IMG/VR virus record: IMGVR_UViG_3300035053_000478 | Location: 1-34,887 of that record | DNA: 34,887 nucleotides | Strand: one strand, 5' to 3' | Source of the DNA: a virus | Taxonomy: Duplodnaviria; Caudoviricetes | In this document: one piece after another, positions 34,587 through 34,887 of the stretch | Layout: each line of letters opens with the position of its first letter | Position numbering within the stretch: the first letter of the stretch is position 1 | Position numbers and translations under genes: made by a program | Notes under the pieces: model-generated | The model's input: only the letters and a program-made list of their open reading frames with translations | Databases searched by the model: none | What the model was told of the DNA's origin: nothing

Positions 34587-34887
34587 TGCTGAAATTGATT
34601 TGAAGGTTGAAATGGGAGCGGGTTCGCATTGTGGAACCGGATGTCAGGGATATTTGCCTGATGGCATAATGTATGATGAGCTTCTTCGGGTGTTCGGGGA
34701 TCCGCAAATTATCTCATCGCCGGATGGTAAGATTCAGGTGGAGTGGTACGGCAGGATCAACGGCTTGCAGTTTACGATTTATGATTATAAATCCCCTGTT
34801 GAGCCGGAACGCAATACCGACTGGCATATCGGCGGTAAACACAAGTTTGTGGCTGAGCTGGTGAATCTGTATTTTAAAAATTCTTGA
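34576..34887 (+). CDS. Hypothetical phage protein
   Basis: YDEL..VFGDP...DGK..VEW...FTIYDYK...WHIGG; AAGGTG RBS; stop at the window end. Confidence 0.75.
   Translation: MKVNAEIDLKVEMGAGSHCGTGCQGYLPDGIMYDELLRVFGDPQIISSPDGKIQVEWYGRINGLQFTIYDYKSPVEPERNTDWHIGGKHKFVAELVNLYFKNS

Larger units (their letters stand above)
109..34887. mobile_element. Lambda-like prophage (right end not in window)
   Basis: Integrase next to a tRNA 3' end, followed by co-oriented replication, packaging, head, non-contractile tail and holin-like genes in canonical order. Confidence 0.95.

Overview
The window holds most of a lambda-like (siphovirus-type) prophage. It is integrated at the 3' end of a host tRNA-Asn(GUU) gene whose anticodon is interrupted by a group I intron; only the 3' end of the intron and the 3' exon are inside the window. 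Gene order left to right: large serine recombinase (minus strand, reading into the tRNA); small ORF and ECF-like sigma factor with three matching bipartite promoter motifs; replication module (SNF2 helicase, VRR-NUC, SSB-like protein, Prim-Pol/SF3 primase-helicase, iteron-like repeats); cos-like site; ParB-DNA methyltransferase; gpNu1/gpA-type terminase; Ogr/Delta-like Zn finger; structured late leader; head genes; tail genes including a G/GT -1 frameshift; tail tip; then holin-like and small accessory ORFs. The right attachment site is not in the window. The most striking feature is a tail-fibre-like protein whose C-terminus is a 10-Cys CXXX-repeat peptide, translationally coupled to an unknown protein and two radical SAM enzymes, one with a SPASM domain. 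This suggests phage-encoded, RiPP-style (thioether) modification of a virion fibre. All family calls come from motif recognition and gene context; no database searches were run.
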